Positions 1 through 12,129 of a DNA stretch of 59,230 nt are shown in pieces. Location of the stretch: contig NC_068995.1 of the NCBI RefSeq assembly GCF_001194135.2, positions 6,416,056 to 6,475,285 of the forward strand. The letters are read 5' to 3'. The notes beneath the pieces are model-generated. The model saw nothing but the letters and a program-made list of their open reading frames with translations, made no database searches and was not told where the DNA came from. Made by a program: the position numbers and the translations under genes. This DNA comes from Octopus bimaculoides. Taxonomy: Eukaryota. Numbering within the stretch: position 1 is the stretch's first letter; each line of letters opens with the position of its first letter.

Positions 1-82
1 TATGTATGTATATCTGTATGTATGTATGTATGTATGTATGTATGTATGTGAGTATGTATGTAGATATATGTATATATATGTA

Positions 83-127
<45 letters not shown>

Positions 128-667
128 ATATATATACATATATACATATATACAGATATAGATATATATACATATATGTGTGTATGTATGTGTGGCTGTG
201 TGTGTGTTTGTGTGTACGCGTGAGTGTATAAATATGTGTGTATGTGTATACATATAATATATAATTATTTACATGTATATTTACATGCACACATTTATAT
301 GTGTATACGCACGCATCCACGCACACACACACATACACACACGCGCGCATATATAGTGTACACTATATACACTGACGTAAACAAATTTGTTTTCAGTATT
401 GAGAAAGACGAAGTGAAGAATTAGGTCCTCCACTTACATGTAGAACTATATTCGACTTGTATGTGTGTGAAAGTCAACGTCTAATTGTATTTGTGGGGGG
501 GAGGGGGGCGTTTGTGTGTGTGTGTGCATTGCCATGCTTATTTGTGTATCCGTGTGTTTGCCTGTCTCCTCCTATACTTTGACTCCTAATACACCGCTGT
601 ATCTTGCCGAAGGCTTTATAATTTTCCGAGTTAGAGAATATTCGAAAACCAATCGAAACACGTTATT

Positions 668-854
668 TTATTTTTTGTATTTTCCTTCTTGAAGTAATGT
701 CAGTTTTGCGGCTGACGCTGTTGTTAGTTGTGGCTGTCTAAGTCTGAATGGAGATGTTGGTGTTGTTGTTCTGGGCTGTGTGGAAGTCTGTTTTGCTGGT
801 TCGTACGCCAGAGACTTTACTACCTTTTGGTTCCTTATTAAGACGTGGTTTGCT
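668..854 (-). CDS. Candidate terminal coding exon of a putative ASPIC/UnbV-domain (CRTAC1-like) gene
   Basis: Minus-strand acceptor ctcttcattgcag at 855-867. The phase-2 frame is open for 61 codons (ANHVLIRNQKVVKSLAYEPAKQTSTQPRTTTPTSP...KYKK*), with TAA at 670-668. Phase matches the 5584-5656 exon. Confidence 0.45.
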
Positions 855-1039
855 CTGCAATGAAGAGTATTCAGTTAAATACATGCAAAAAAAAAAACTA
901 TCAAAAATGTTCATTAATTCATAATTGTGTTAATTTTCAATCCCGATATCATAAAACCAATTTTGATTTGCTATTTCTAATGTTATGAACTCGCACAATC
1001 CTTCTCGCACTGGACAAAATGTTTAACAACATTTCTTTA

Positions 1040-1120
1040 GGCGGTTTTACATTCTGAGTTCAAATTCCACCAAGATTGACTTCGCCTTTCATCTTTTCGG
1101 GATCGATTAAATGTGTTACC
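1040..1120 (+). mobile_element. SINE family A fragment (tRNA-derived; central Deu/Nin-like motif)
   Basis: ttctgagttcaaattccaccaagattgacttcgcctttcatcttttcgggatcgat matches the fuller copy at 55216-55450. Confidence 0.85.
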
Positions 1121-1134
1121 CCTTGAGCTCTAAT

Positions 1135-1536
1135 TTTATCTTTTAACTTTTACTTGTTTCGGTCATTCGTCTGTGACCATGCTGGAGAACCGCCTTGAAG
1201 AATTTTAGTCGAACAGCCCAACCCCAGGACTTATTTCAAAGCCTAGTACATAATCTATTGGTCTCTTGCTGAACTGCAAAGTTACGGGGACATAAACACG
1301 CCAACATTGGGACAACATTGGGAAAAACTGGCTGTCAAGCGGTGGTCGGAGACAAACACAAAGACACACATATATATAATGGGCTTCTCTCAGTTTCTGT
1401 CAACCAAATCCACTCACAGAGGATTGGTCGGCTCGAGGTTATAGTAGAAGACATTTGCCCAAAGTCCCACGCAGTGTGACCTTTGTCAAATCGTGCGGGG
1501 ACCAAACACAAACACAAAGACATACAAGCATAGATA

Positions 1537-1634
<98 letters not shown>

Positions 1635-1826
1635 TAGAGATGTATGTATATATACATAGATATATTTACATATATACGATGGGCTTCTTTCAGTTCGCGT
1701 CTACCAAATTCACTCACAAGGCTTTGGTCGGCTCGAGGCTATAGCAGAAGGTGCCACGCGGCGGGACTGTACCCTGAACCTTGTGGTCGCGAAGCAAGTT
1801 CCTTTCCACACAGCCACGTCTGCGCC
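1135..1826 (-). mobile_element. SINE family B, composite copy with internal (TA)n
   Basis: On the minus strand: head GGCGCAGACGTGGCTGTGTGG with A/B-box-like motifs at 1826-1760; body ending aagaagcccatcgtata; (TA)n at about 1545-1630; a second copy of the body at 1370-1480; tail ending ccgaaacaagtaaaagttaaaagataaa. Related segments occur at 56408-56490 and 58345-58562. Confidence 0.9.
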
Positions 1827-2379
1827 TATTCGTTAACTAATTCCGAAAAAAACCCCGCCTAATTTGAAAATTCGAAAAATCCGCCATACGTCCTTATAGA
1901 TATCGATAGAGAAATACCAGTCGAGTACCGATGTTGAGTTAATCGACCATAGCATCCAAATTATTTTCAGGATATTCAGCCCTTCTACGGATATTAGAAA
2001 TCAATATTTTATTATAGAATTCTAAATATGAGGAGATTCTGTGAAGAAAAAACAACACAAAACAAAACAAACCTAAGCATGTTTTTTTATCTGATTTAAA
2101 AGATAAAAAAGAAAAGTTAGTCTAAATTCCCAGAATAACAGTGCAAGAAAATATTAATATGGTATTTTTTTTATTGTATTTGTCGTTAATCAATGATGCT
2201 GAGAGAATAAGCGGTGCGTGAATTCGTGGTAAATATTTGTACTAAGAGATACACAATATTTCTTTTGATTTTTTGCAACTCGTTCTATCTCTCACCCAAA
2301 TTCACACAAGCACGAATCCACCCATCCCCTACGTAGGTATATACACAATTATGTATGTGTGTATGTATATAAATATATG

Positions 2380-2380
<1 letters not shown>

Positions 2381-2466
<86 letters not shown>
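2381..2466 (+). repeat. (GATA)n microsatellite
   Basis: Direct reading of the sequence. Confidence 0.98.
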
Positions 2467-2468
<2 letters not shown>

Positions 2469-3461
2469 TGTGTGTATGTATATACATATATATACATGTA
2501 TGTAAATATATATGTATATATACATACATACATACATACATACAATTATACGTACATCTATGATATCCTAATACATCTAACTTCCGTTTTCTCTTCTCTC
2601 CTCTTCTTTCACTGTATATATACGTGTGTGTGCGTGTGCGTTTGCATGTGTGTGTGAGTGCGTGTATATATATATATATATATATATATNNNNNNNNNNN
2701 NNNNNNNNNNNNNNNNNNNNNNNNNNNNNNNNNNNNNNNNNNNNNNNNNNNNNNNNNNNNNNNNNNNNNNNNNNNNNNNNNNNNNNNNNNNNNNNNNNNN
2801 NNNNNNNNNNNNNNNNNNNNNNNNNNNNNNNNNNNNNNNNNNNNNNNNNNNNNNNNNNNNNNNNNNNNNNNNNNNNNNNNNNNNNNNNNNNNNNNNNNNN
2901 NNNNNNNNNNNNNNNNNNNNNNNNNNNNNNNNNNNNNNNNNNNNNNNNNNNNNNNNNNNNNNNNNNNNNNNNNNNNNNNNNNNNNNNNNNNNNNNNNNNN
3001 NNNNNNNNNNNNNNNNNNNNNNNNNNNNNNNNNNNNNNNNNNNNNNNNNNNNNNNNNNNNNNNNNNNNNNNNNNNNNNNNNNNNNNNNNNNNNNNNNNNN
3101 NNNNNNNNNNNNNNNNNNNNNNNNNNNNNNNNNNNNNNNNNNNNNNNNNNNNNNNNNNNNNNNNNNNNNNNNNNNNNNNNNNNNNNNNNNNNNNNNNNNN
3201 NNNNNNNNNNNNNNNNNNNNNNNNNNNNNNNNNNNNNNNNNNNNNNNNNNNNNNNNNNNNNNNNNNNNNNNNNNNNNNNNNNNNNNNNNNNNNNNNNNNN
3301 NNNNNNNNNNNNNNNNNNNNNNNNNNNNNNNNNNNNNNNNNNNNNNNNNNNNNNNNNNNNNNNNNNNNNNNNNNNNNNNNNNNNNNNNNNNNNNNNNNNN
3401 NNNNNNNNNNNNNNNNNNNNNNNNNNNNNNNNNNNNNNNNNNNNNNNNNNNNNNNNNNNNN

Positions 3462-3499
<38 letters not shown>

Positions 3500-3501
3500 T
3501 G

Positions 3502-3537
<36 letters not shown>

Positions 3538-4049
3538 CGTGCGTGCGTGCGTTCGTATGTATATATATATACATATATACACGCGTGGGTGATATGTGCT
3601 TGTGTGTGTTGTTTGCTATCTAGGGCATGACATTTAACCAATGTTCAAGACTCCATGTGCCCGATTAAACAGCAATGGATCCAACCATGAAGAGAAATAT
3701 AATCATTATCTCAATATATATCCAGTGTATATCCATCGCTATTTGGAACGCAGAGTACATCATATAAGAAACAAATATAGATAATTCTTTTTACATTCAT
3801 TCAATGGATTATTACACGCGTTTCATTAGACTAAATTGCATTGGTGAAACTTTCTGTTATGCAATAAAGTTTCCACAATCAGGTTACAGCATAATATCAT
3901 CAGTGTTCGCTTAAGAAAAATATTAACCTGAAACGGGTTTCTACGTCTGACAGAATCATCGTTTTACATAAACCACTTCTGAAGTACAATACTGTCAGAT
4001 TGAGACTGCTATTGTATTTTGGTTGTTTGCTTTATACACCTTCACTGGT

Positions 4050-4234
4050 GAGGGCACATGGCTCAGTGGTTAGAACGTCAGGCTTACAATCATGATGTAG
4101 TGAGTTGCGTTCCTGGAGCTGGCTATGTGTTGCGTTCTTGAGCAAGAGCAACTGCTAGTCCTCCATAAACAACCTTCCTCAGACCTGTGCTTCAGAGGGG
4201 AACTTTCTAGGTGCAGTCATGACCGAAGAGGCTC
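4050..4234 (+). mobile_element. tRNA-derived SINE (CORE/Meta-like ttgcgttcttgagcaag motif), internally deleted
   Basis: A box TGGCTCAGTGG and degenerate B box, followed by gtgttgcgttcttgagcaaga and a 3' part ending gaccgaagaggctc. Confidence 0.75.
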
Positions 4235-4508
4235 GTTACTTTTCTTACTTTACCTGATATATTATCTCTGATGATTTGAGGATGTAATCTGAGTGTGATG
4301 TGACAAAGAATTTCATTAATGAAATGTATGTAAGAATGTATAGACTAAATGCGCAATGTTATCTACATCCTTGTTATTTATTTATTTATTTATGTAGTAA
4401 CAAACTGAGGAAAGGAGATCCTGCAAAGGGGTTTGTTAAACATCCAATTCACTGGTACTGCAGTAGGATACCATATAAATATAGGTATTATTCAATTATA
4501 AAGATACA

Positions 4509-4810
4509 TTAAATATACATTGACAATCCAATAATTTATTTATATCACAATATTATATTAAGTACTATGAATATAATATATAAAATAACATGATATTATA
4601 TTACATAGATAATTATAAAAACCAAAAGAGGCCAACAAACTGTTTCGGCTTATATATTATCTGATATATATAATGGAACTGTGATAAGTCGAAACAATTT
4701 GTTGGCCCTTTACGGTTTTTATAACTATTTATGTTATATAATATTATGTTGTTATATCCTATATTCATAGTACTTAACTTGGATTGTCGATAGAATATCT
4801 CTATATTTAA
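4509..4810. repeat. ~300-bp imperfect inverted repeat (foldback)
   Basis: Inner arms 4609-4653 and 4684-4728 are near-perfect reverse complements. Outer matches include ttaagtactatgaatata/tatattcatagtacttaa, gacaatccaa/ttggattgtc and ttaaatata/tatatttaa. Confidence 0.9.
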
Positions 4811-4865
<55 letters not shown>

Positions 4866-4897
4866 CATCCCCAGCGGATAAATCTTTCGCCTTTTAC

Positions 4898-5019
<122 letters not shown>

Positions 5020-5583
5020 CATAGAACGTACTTAGTCGTACAAACTATCCTGTCTCTTTAGACCTTGACTTTGACCTTAGATGTGGGTGTCCTCTGAGCG
5101 CTTCTTGTCCACAGACGTCCTTAAGTAACCAACTGCTTTGCTGTCTCGCATCTAATTTCACAGCCCATTCGCAAACAGCTTTTAAAATAAATCAATATTT
5201 TCTTTTAACAGTAATTTATAATATTTAATATATATATTATGGGGGGGGGGGTATGTGAGTGTGTGTGTGTATACATATACATATATATGTAATATGATAT
5301 TGTGATAATTATATGATATTTATCTTATGATTTATGATATTTTTATGATGGTATTTATAATATAATATTATTGATATTTATTTTTCACATTATATATTTA
5401 GGAAATATAAGTGCGATTTTGTGATTTTCATGTGTTTCCCAGTGTAAGTTTAGATGAAATGTCTTTTAATCGGAATAAAGAAATCAATCATAGTTAATAG
5501 TTACTAAATGAAATGATAAGTAGATTTATATCTGCACAAAATGTATGCAAATTTTGGCAATTTCTTCTAGATTATATACATAC

Positions 5584-5656
5584 GTAATATTACAAAATGA
5601 TTCATGATTTCCATAAGGAAATTTAACGACGATATTTAGACATTGTGTGGCGTCAG
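5584..5656 (-). CDS. Candidate internal exon (73 nt, phase 1 to 2) of the same putative gene
   Basis: Acceptor atcttacag and donor AC|gtatgt. Translates (A)DATQCLNIVVKFPYGNHESFCNI(T), resembling the ASPIC/UnbV motif DAxxxxxVxVxWPxG...NVxAN. Confidence 0.45.
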
Positions 5657-6614
5657 CTGTAAGATAATTTTCCTCATTAAAGAGACTCTCAAGAAAATGT
5701 GTAAACTAAAGAAAGTTCATTTCTATATAAAGTTTGGAAAGAATCATTCATTTATATATGAAATTCAGGTAAAGAATTAATTCATATATAAATTCTCTTT
5801 AATAAAACAGATTTATATACGTGTTTCATATACACTATTTATGCATAAAATTTCTAAAGATACTGTACATGTATATATAAAATTGTCTAAAAGGTATAAA
5901 AAGANNNNNNNNNNNNNNNNNNNNNNNNNNNNNNNNNNNNNNNNNNNNNNNNNNNNNNNNNNNNNNNNNNNNNNNNNNNNNNNNNNNNNNNNNNNNNNNN
6001 NNNNNNNNNNATATATATATATATATATATACGAATGTCACACACCCAATATATTTATATACAAAGGTGATTAATGTAGAATACACGTATGTTGTACAAT
6101 CAATATCCCTACACATATCTACATGCATATGCATGGTATTTATGTACATATACACTCATAGTAAGTTTGCACATACATATATACACATATATATAAATGT
6201 TGCGAAATAAATTATGAACACTAGTGACCCTGACTGCTACCACAAATTGCTTAATAGAAATCAAGAGGGATACTTTTTATTACAACGAATGAAGTCACTT
6301 TAAAAAGAAATTAACTTACAAGCACAAGACAGTTGAACAAGGAAGCTAAAACTAATGTAATATACAAAAGCACTCTGCAATTATTAAAATTTTTGAATTT
6401 TTCCCCAAACATAAATACGTAGACTACATTACTACCTGGATGTGAAACTTTCAGTTTCAACACACAAAATAATATGCCCCAACGTCCACATTATAACTAC
6501 ACAAACAATTCAATTTAACTATTTGAGGGCGTGATATAAAGGACAAGCATAGTTTCCCTGGATGGTACTGAGCGAAATTATTGTTGACTGAATAAATATA
6601 CTTTCATATATAAA

Positions 6615-6690
6615 CGGTCCAGGATTGGAAACCACAAATTCACGATAGTGAGTGCAACACACTAACCTGAACACTAATCCACACGCCGAG
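6615..6690 (-). mobile_element. Degenerate tRNA-like SINE head
   Basis: caggattggaaaccacaaattcacgatagtgagtgcaacacactaac resembles the reverse complement of the head at 46803-46870. Confidence 0.6.
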
Positions 6691-7421
6691 GTGCCTGTAT
6701 TCGTTTATCTGTCGTTCTTGCTCTGTAGTACTAAAATTTTACGAAATTCATTTAGAACACTGAATGCAGATAACTCCCTAAAAATGATTGAATCAGCCAT
6801 TCGGTAAATAACGAACAATAAATGAGTGTCGAGGTCGCTCTTACTTTTGTAAATCTTGTTATACAACATGGCGAAAAATTATGAAAAGTCGCACCGGTAC
6901 CTTTACGTAAATACAATGCAAGTTTGCAATCTCAATCTGAAATTGTGTGTTGAAATATGGAATACAAGGAAGCCAGCTTCTGATTCCACAATAAACGGTA
7001 GAATATGTCATTAATGGAAGACTTTACGGTATGTGTCAAGATCAGCACTCATTCGGTTTATGATTGGTAACAGATATAAAACACACGCATTGTTCATGCC
7101 TTGTATTGACTTATATAGGTGAGAAATCATATATGAATTAAACATGTGCGCTTATATACACGCACATGCACACCACGATGCACGCACACAAACACACACA
7201 TACACACACACACTCACACACACATATATACACACAAATGTGCGGTCAGCTACGCGCGCACATATAAATATACATATGTTTGTGAATGTGTTTCTGGGTG
7301 TGTATATATGAGTGCACATTCATAAATAGCTATGTTTGTTCGTAGGTAAATAATTGCCATTCATTCTGACCTCTATCTCACTCGGACTCACAAACATACA
7401 CCTAGCAACCACACTTCGCCA

Positions 7422-7456
<35 letters not shown>

Positions 7457-8640
7457 TGAGTGCTGATCTGGACACACACACGCACTCACACACACATATA
7501 TATACATATATATATACATACACATGGGTGTGGGTGTGTATGTGTTTGTGCATTACAAATCAACGTATAGAGATAATATTTATATATATCTATACATGAA
7601 TATATATATTTACACATATTTAAAGATGCATGGGTGTAGGTAGGAAAGATCTTAAATGGAAGTCAATTTTCCGCTATATGAAACATGATACAACCGCAGC
7701 AGCATCAGCTACAACAACAGCAAAAACAACCACAACAGCGAAAACAAGACGATGATGCTATTCATAATGAAATAGTTAACCAGCTACTGTTGATATATTC
7801 GTATCACAAATTTAGTCGAGGTCGACAGAAACAACATTACCAATGATTGTCACTCGAATTTAGATAGTTATTAAATTACTTTAGAATATTAATGTAATTA
7901 TTGTTAATTGTAAGTTGCAAGTTGAAGGCATCTATTGATCAAGATATAAATGAATATCAAAGTAGGATATATGGCCAATGTATACCCACCATAAAATTAC
8001 TTTCACATGAATACACAGAAATATATGTATATNNNNNNNNNNNNNNNNNNNNNNNNNNNNNNNNNNNNNNNNNNNNNNNNNNNNNNNNNNNNNNNNNNNN
8101 NNNNNNNNNNNNNNNNNNNNNNNNNNNNNNNNNNNNNNNNNNNNNNNNNNNNNNNNNNNNNNNNNNNNNNNNNNNNNNNNNNNNNNNNNNNNNNNNNNNN
8201 NNNNNNNNNNNNNNNNNNNNNNNNNNNNNNNNNNNNNNNNNNNNNNNNNNNNNNNNNNNNNNNNNNNNNNNNNNNNNNNNNNNNNNNNNNNNNNNNNNNN
8301 NNNNNNNNNNNNNNNNNNNNNNNNNNNNNNNNNNNNNNNNNNNNNNNNNNNNNNNNNNNNNNNNNNNNNNNNNNNNNNNNNNNNNNNNNNNNNNNNNNNN
8401 NNNNNNNNNNNNNNNNNNNNNNNNNNNNNNNNNNNNNNNNNNNNNNNNNNNNNNNNNNNNNNNNNNNNNNNNNNNNNNNNNNNNNNNNNNNNNNNNNNNN
8501 NNNNNNNNNNNNNNNNNNNNNNNNNNNNNNNNNNNNNNNNNNNNNNNNNNNNNNNNNNNNNNNNNNNNNNNNNNNNNNNNNNNNNNNNNNNNNNNNNNNN
8601 NNNNNNNNNNNNNNNNNNNNNNNNNNNNNNNNNNNNNNNN

Positions 8641-8678
<38 letters not shown>

Positions 8679-8967
8679 GAGGTATCTGTATTGTTATACG
8701 TGTGAGAGTATTTATCCTACGCTATTAATTGTTCCACCACTCAAAGCAATATTTACACCTCTTTTTTGATATAACATATTATGGCTGTTGTTTTTATTAA
8801 CATAATGTCATAAAATGGAAAAATCGACCGAACATCGGATCAGCGGTGGGGAGGTGGTGATCTTAGGAGTTGGAATGGTAGAATCGGAAAACTATTATTG
8901 TAGTATGTGGCAGATCAGGAGAGTCTGAGTGTGGTAGATACCAAAAGGGATGGGAATTATTTGCCGT

Positions 8968-9030
8968 AGAAGGTGGTGAGCTGGTAGAGTCGTTAGGATG
9001 TAGGGCTGGACAAATGCGTGGCTGCATTTT
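8968..9030 (+). mobile_element. Degenerate SINE family A head
   Basis: aaggtggtgagctggtagagtcgttagg resembles aaggcggcgagctggctgaaatgttagc at 55217. Confidence 0.55.
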
Positions 9031-9174
9031 TTGTGTCTTTAATATTATAATTATATTGAATTATAATAGTAAGAAAAGAATGTACGGTATTGTCCTATTT
9101 CTACTTCGCGAATTTGCACCAATCGCGGTGGGGTTTGGAACGTAACACCCGCGGTAGTCGAGGGATTACTATAA

Positions 9175-9233
<59 letters not shown>

Positions 9234-9534
9234 GATGTGTGCCTGTGTGTGTATATGCATGTATATGTTTTCTGTGTGTATGTAGATAAGTAATTTCTAG
9301 CATGAAACAAATAGAAGCTAATAACGGATATGCAAAATAATTAATTAAAGATAAATCTATTGAGCACAGGAAAAAGGAATTAAATACACAGCATAGAACA
9401 AGCATTATATAACGTGTATCATGGGAAGCAAGGATATACTGGTTGTAGAATAAAACAATGTTAAAGTAAAATTCGTAAACCAGAGGACGAAATTCCTTTA
9501 GACCCTATCATAAATTTACCCATGTATTGTTTAC

Positions 9535-9572
9535 CAAAAGCACCAAAATGTATTCTCTCATCAACCCGCAAG
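9535..9572 (-). CDS. Candidate internal exon (38 nt, phase 2 to 1) of the same putative gene
   Basis: Acceptor tttttaag and donor G|gtaaac. Translates (F)LRVDERIHFGAF(A), similar to the ASPIC/UnbV DxRLHFGLG motif. Confidence 0.35.
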
Positions 9573-9704
9573 CTTAAAAACTATTCAGCAAGTATTTATT
9601 TAGATAATACTACGTGGACACGAAAGTTGTAAAAGTTCATGACTCGGAACATTTTATTGGCCATACAAGTACAAATCTTTTACGTGGACTTTGTATGCAC
9701 TTAC

Positions 9705-9748
9705 AAGAATCCATTGAAATTCACTACATCGCACCAACATAAAGTAAA
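9705..9748 (-). CDS. Candidate internal exon (44 nt, phase 0 to 2) of the same putative gene
   Basis: Strong acceptor aatattttcctcag and strong donor gtaagt. Translates FTLCWCDVVNFNGF; a 132-nt intron separates it from the next exon. Confidence 0.3.
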
Positions 9749-10399
9749 CTGAGGAAAATATTATATTACAAGACGGCTATCATATACAGAACATACACCT
9801 CTCCCACTAGTATTAAATGAATGAAGATGAAAGGTAATAATATCACAGAAGGCAGAAATGTACGCAAGGATGGCTTCCAATGATAGCAAACATTGATTAC
9901 ACCTTGATTGAAGACAAGTCCACTTCTAGAAAACATGACACTGTAAATATTCATATCTATTATAAAACTACATAACACATATAACCTATTATAAATCCAG
10001 ACACGATTGATTATTTCTAGCACCAGGTCCTCTCTGATCGAGATGATCTATGATCAGATCTACTGTCCAACTGCGATCATCTGGTTTTAATTATAGCAGA
10101 GTATATCTGTAATTACATTATTTAATGTATGCTATCGTGCTTATGACTATAGTACGCAATTTCAGGAAAAGGTTAGCTGCGTTTTCTAGCAGATTGTAGA
10201 ACCTTTCAAATGCACTCTAATAATTGAGAAGATATATTGAAAAATAGATAAGTGTTACGTCAATATACTGCTTATCTTCCAGATTTAGGATAAAATTAAC
10301 AAATGAAAAACGAGGTAAATAAACGATAGAATTTTCCTTATGCGCGTATATGGTGGATTATTTCATTTATTTTACCGACGCAGAGACATTGTATGCCAT

Positions 10400-10492
10400 A
10401 TCTACCTCGGCAGGATTCGAACGTTAAATGACACATTAATGCAGCAACGGATTATGTTTGATTCTCTATCAATTCTGCCAATCCACTGCCCT
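10400..10492 (-). mobile_element. Degenerate SINE family A fragment
   Basis: acctcggcaggattcgaac ... aattctgccaatccactgccct matches the reverse-strand pattern of other family A copies. Confidence 0.55.
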
Positions 10493-10732
10493 GGTGGTGT
10501 GAAGTATTAAACGAAATGTTTGTCTAGTGACGTTTTTATCGATTTATCAAGAACAAGTTGAAATAATATGCAAGATAGTCGTCATTCAGACGCCACCTAA
10601 TTCGTCTTATTAAGAAACTCAATTAGAATCAGCCAATCGGAGCGTTGTTGATATGAACGCTTTCACTAAACAAAAGTGTGCAAAACATTAAAAAACAACA
10701 ACAACAATAATAACATAAACAAAAACAACAAC

Positions 10733-10734
<2 letters not shown>

Positions 10735-10800
<66 letters not shown>
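10735..10800 (+). repeat. (AAT)n microsatellite
   Basis: Direct reading of the sequence. Confidence 0.98.
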
Positions 10801-10801
<1 letters not shown>

Positions 10802-11177
10802 GAATTAACGTAAAATTTCACTATGTTTTGGAAAGTGCAGGTTTTTATTTTTATTTTGAAGCCAATACAGATCTAATGAATCAAGCCGCTTCTCGGATTA
10901 TTCTCTAATAAGATCATTCACAGTCTCCAGAATATAACAATACTTGGTCTTCTATTCTAATTGTAAACATTTTACAAGACAATATCTGAAGAATCATCTT
11001 CGCTTTTCTCCTGCAAAGAACACCGTATGCTCTTAGTTACCAAGCATTCTATTCTATTTACAATATTTCTTTCAGTAATATAATGTTTTTTCGATAAAAC
11101 TGGAGCAATTATTAACTCATTTGACTTAAGAAGCCATTGAATATATTTCTCTCACGTACTTGGGCACACGGACTTAC

Positions 11178-11281
11178 TGGCGGCGTCTTGGCCACGTCTC
11201 CATAATTCTGCTGTCTCGAAATCTGAACGACTCGAATCTGATTCCCAGTCGATAATTGGCCGACACGTTAATCCCCCAATT
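11178..11281 (-). CDS. Orphan candidate exon (104 nt), product unknown
   Basis: Acceptor ttctaacttggacag, donor gtaagt, locally GC-richer. Two frames are open: NWGINVSANYRLGIRFESFRFRDSRIMETWPRRR (weakly CUB-like) or IGGLTCRPIIDWESDSSRSDFETAELWRRGQDAA. Confidence 0.3.
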
Positions 11282-12017
11282 CTGTCCAAGTTAGAATTAA
11301 TCAGAAGCAACCATCTGTTGTAATCGTTCTTATGTTTGTTTCAGGGAGTTATGTATGGTTGTTGAACTAGCCTGAAATATCAACCGTACTTCCACCAATC
11401 TTACGCGCCAGTTGTATTTTTCAAGAGAGACACACCGAACGAAATAGCTCTTGATACAGAAAAATATTGGATGGTCATGTGAGAATATGCTCGATCGATC
11501 AGCAACAATATCAAAATAACAACAAATCTGTCGATTACACTTAAGTTAAATTTGTATGAGAAATTAATTCTCTCGGTAAATATTGTAGCGAAGTTGAAAA
11601 TACAAAGAGTTCAGGGAACGGAATAAAGTTTGTGATGTGTGAAAGAAGAGAACTGACGATGTAAAGCATATTCCACTATTCGGTGAAAACTAGGGTCCTT
11701 TAGTTGTTGAGGTCCTGTAGGCTCCTCTAGTTGTTCAGGTCGATCGACTCTCTGTGGTAAAAACCATGAAAAGTCACATGGCTAATTCTAGTTTTCTTTT
11801 CCTGAAAAATAGCATAGAAAAGAAATATCTGATGAGGGGTAATTATTATGTTTTCGACGATAGATGAAACTAATTGAGATTTGACCTGTGATTAAAAAAT
11901 AGCACAAATAATCTAAAGGATTCAGTTACACTGTTGATTGACTTGAGAAGACAAAAAAAATGCAAAGTCTAATTTTACGCACGCGTGCGCGCGTGTGCAT
12001 GAGCATTTGCATAGTGG

Positions 12018-12129
<112 letters not shown>

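Noticed and set aside
5020-5195. Minus frame [43 protein letters not shown]
   Set aside because: The acceptor is weak, and the phase does not fit the upstream 5584 donor, which would give a stop after 18 codons.
10020-10090. Minus frame DRSWTVDLIIDHLDQRGP as a possible FG-GAP repeat for the ASPIC-like gene
   Set aside because: The donor is weak and the DNA resembles the repeat-like segment at about 55770-55815, so it is probably an interspersed repeat.
11831-11875. Other CTGATGA/CTGACGA occurrences (for example near 11831, 24045, 29695, 33855, 36305)
   Set aside because: None is followed by a pairing stem II and GAAA, so they are not hammerheads.
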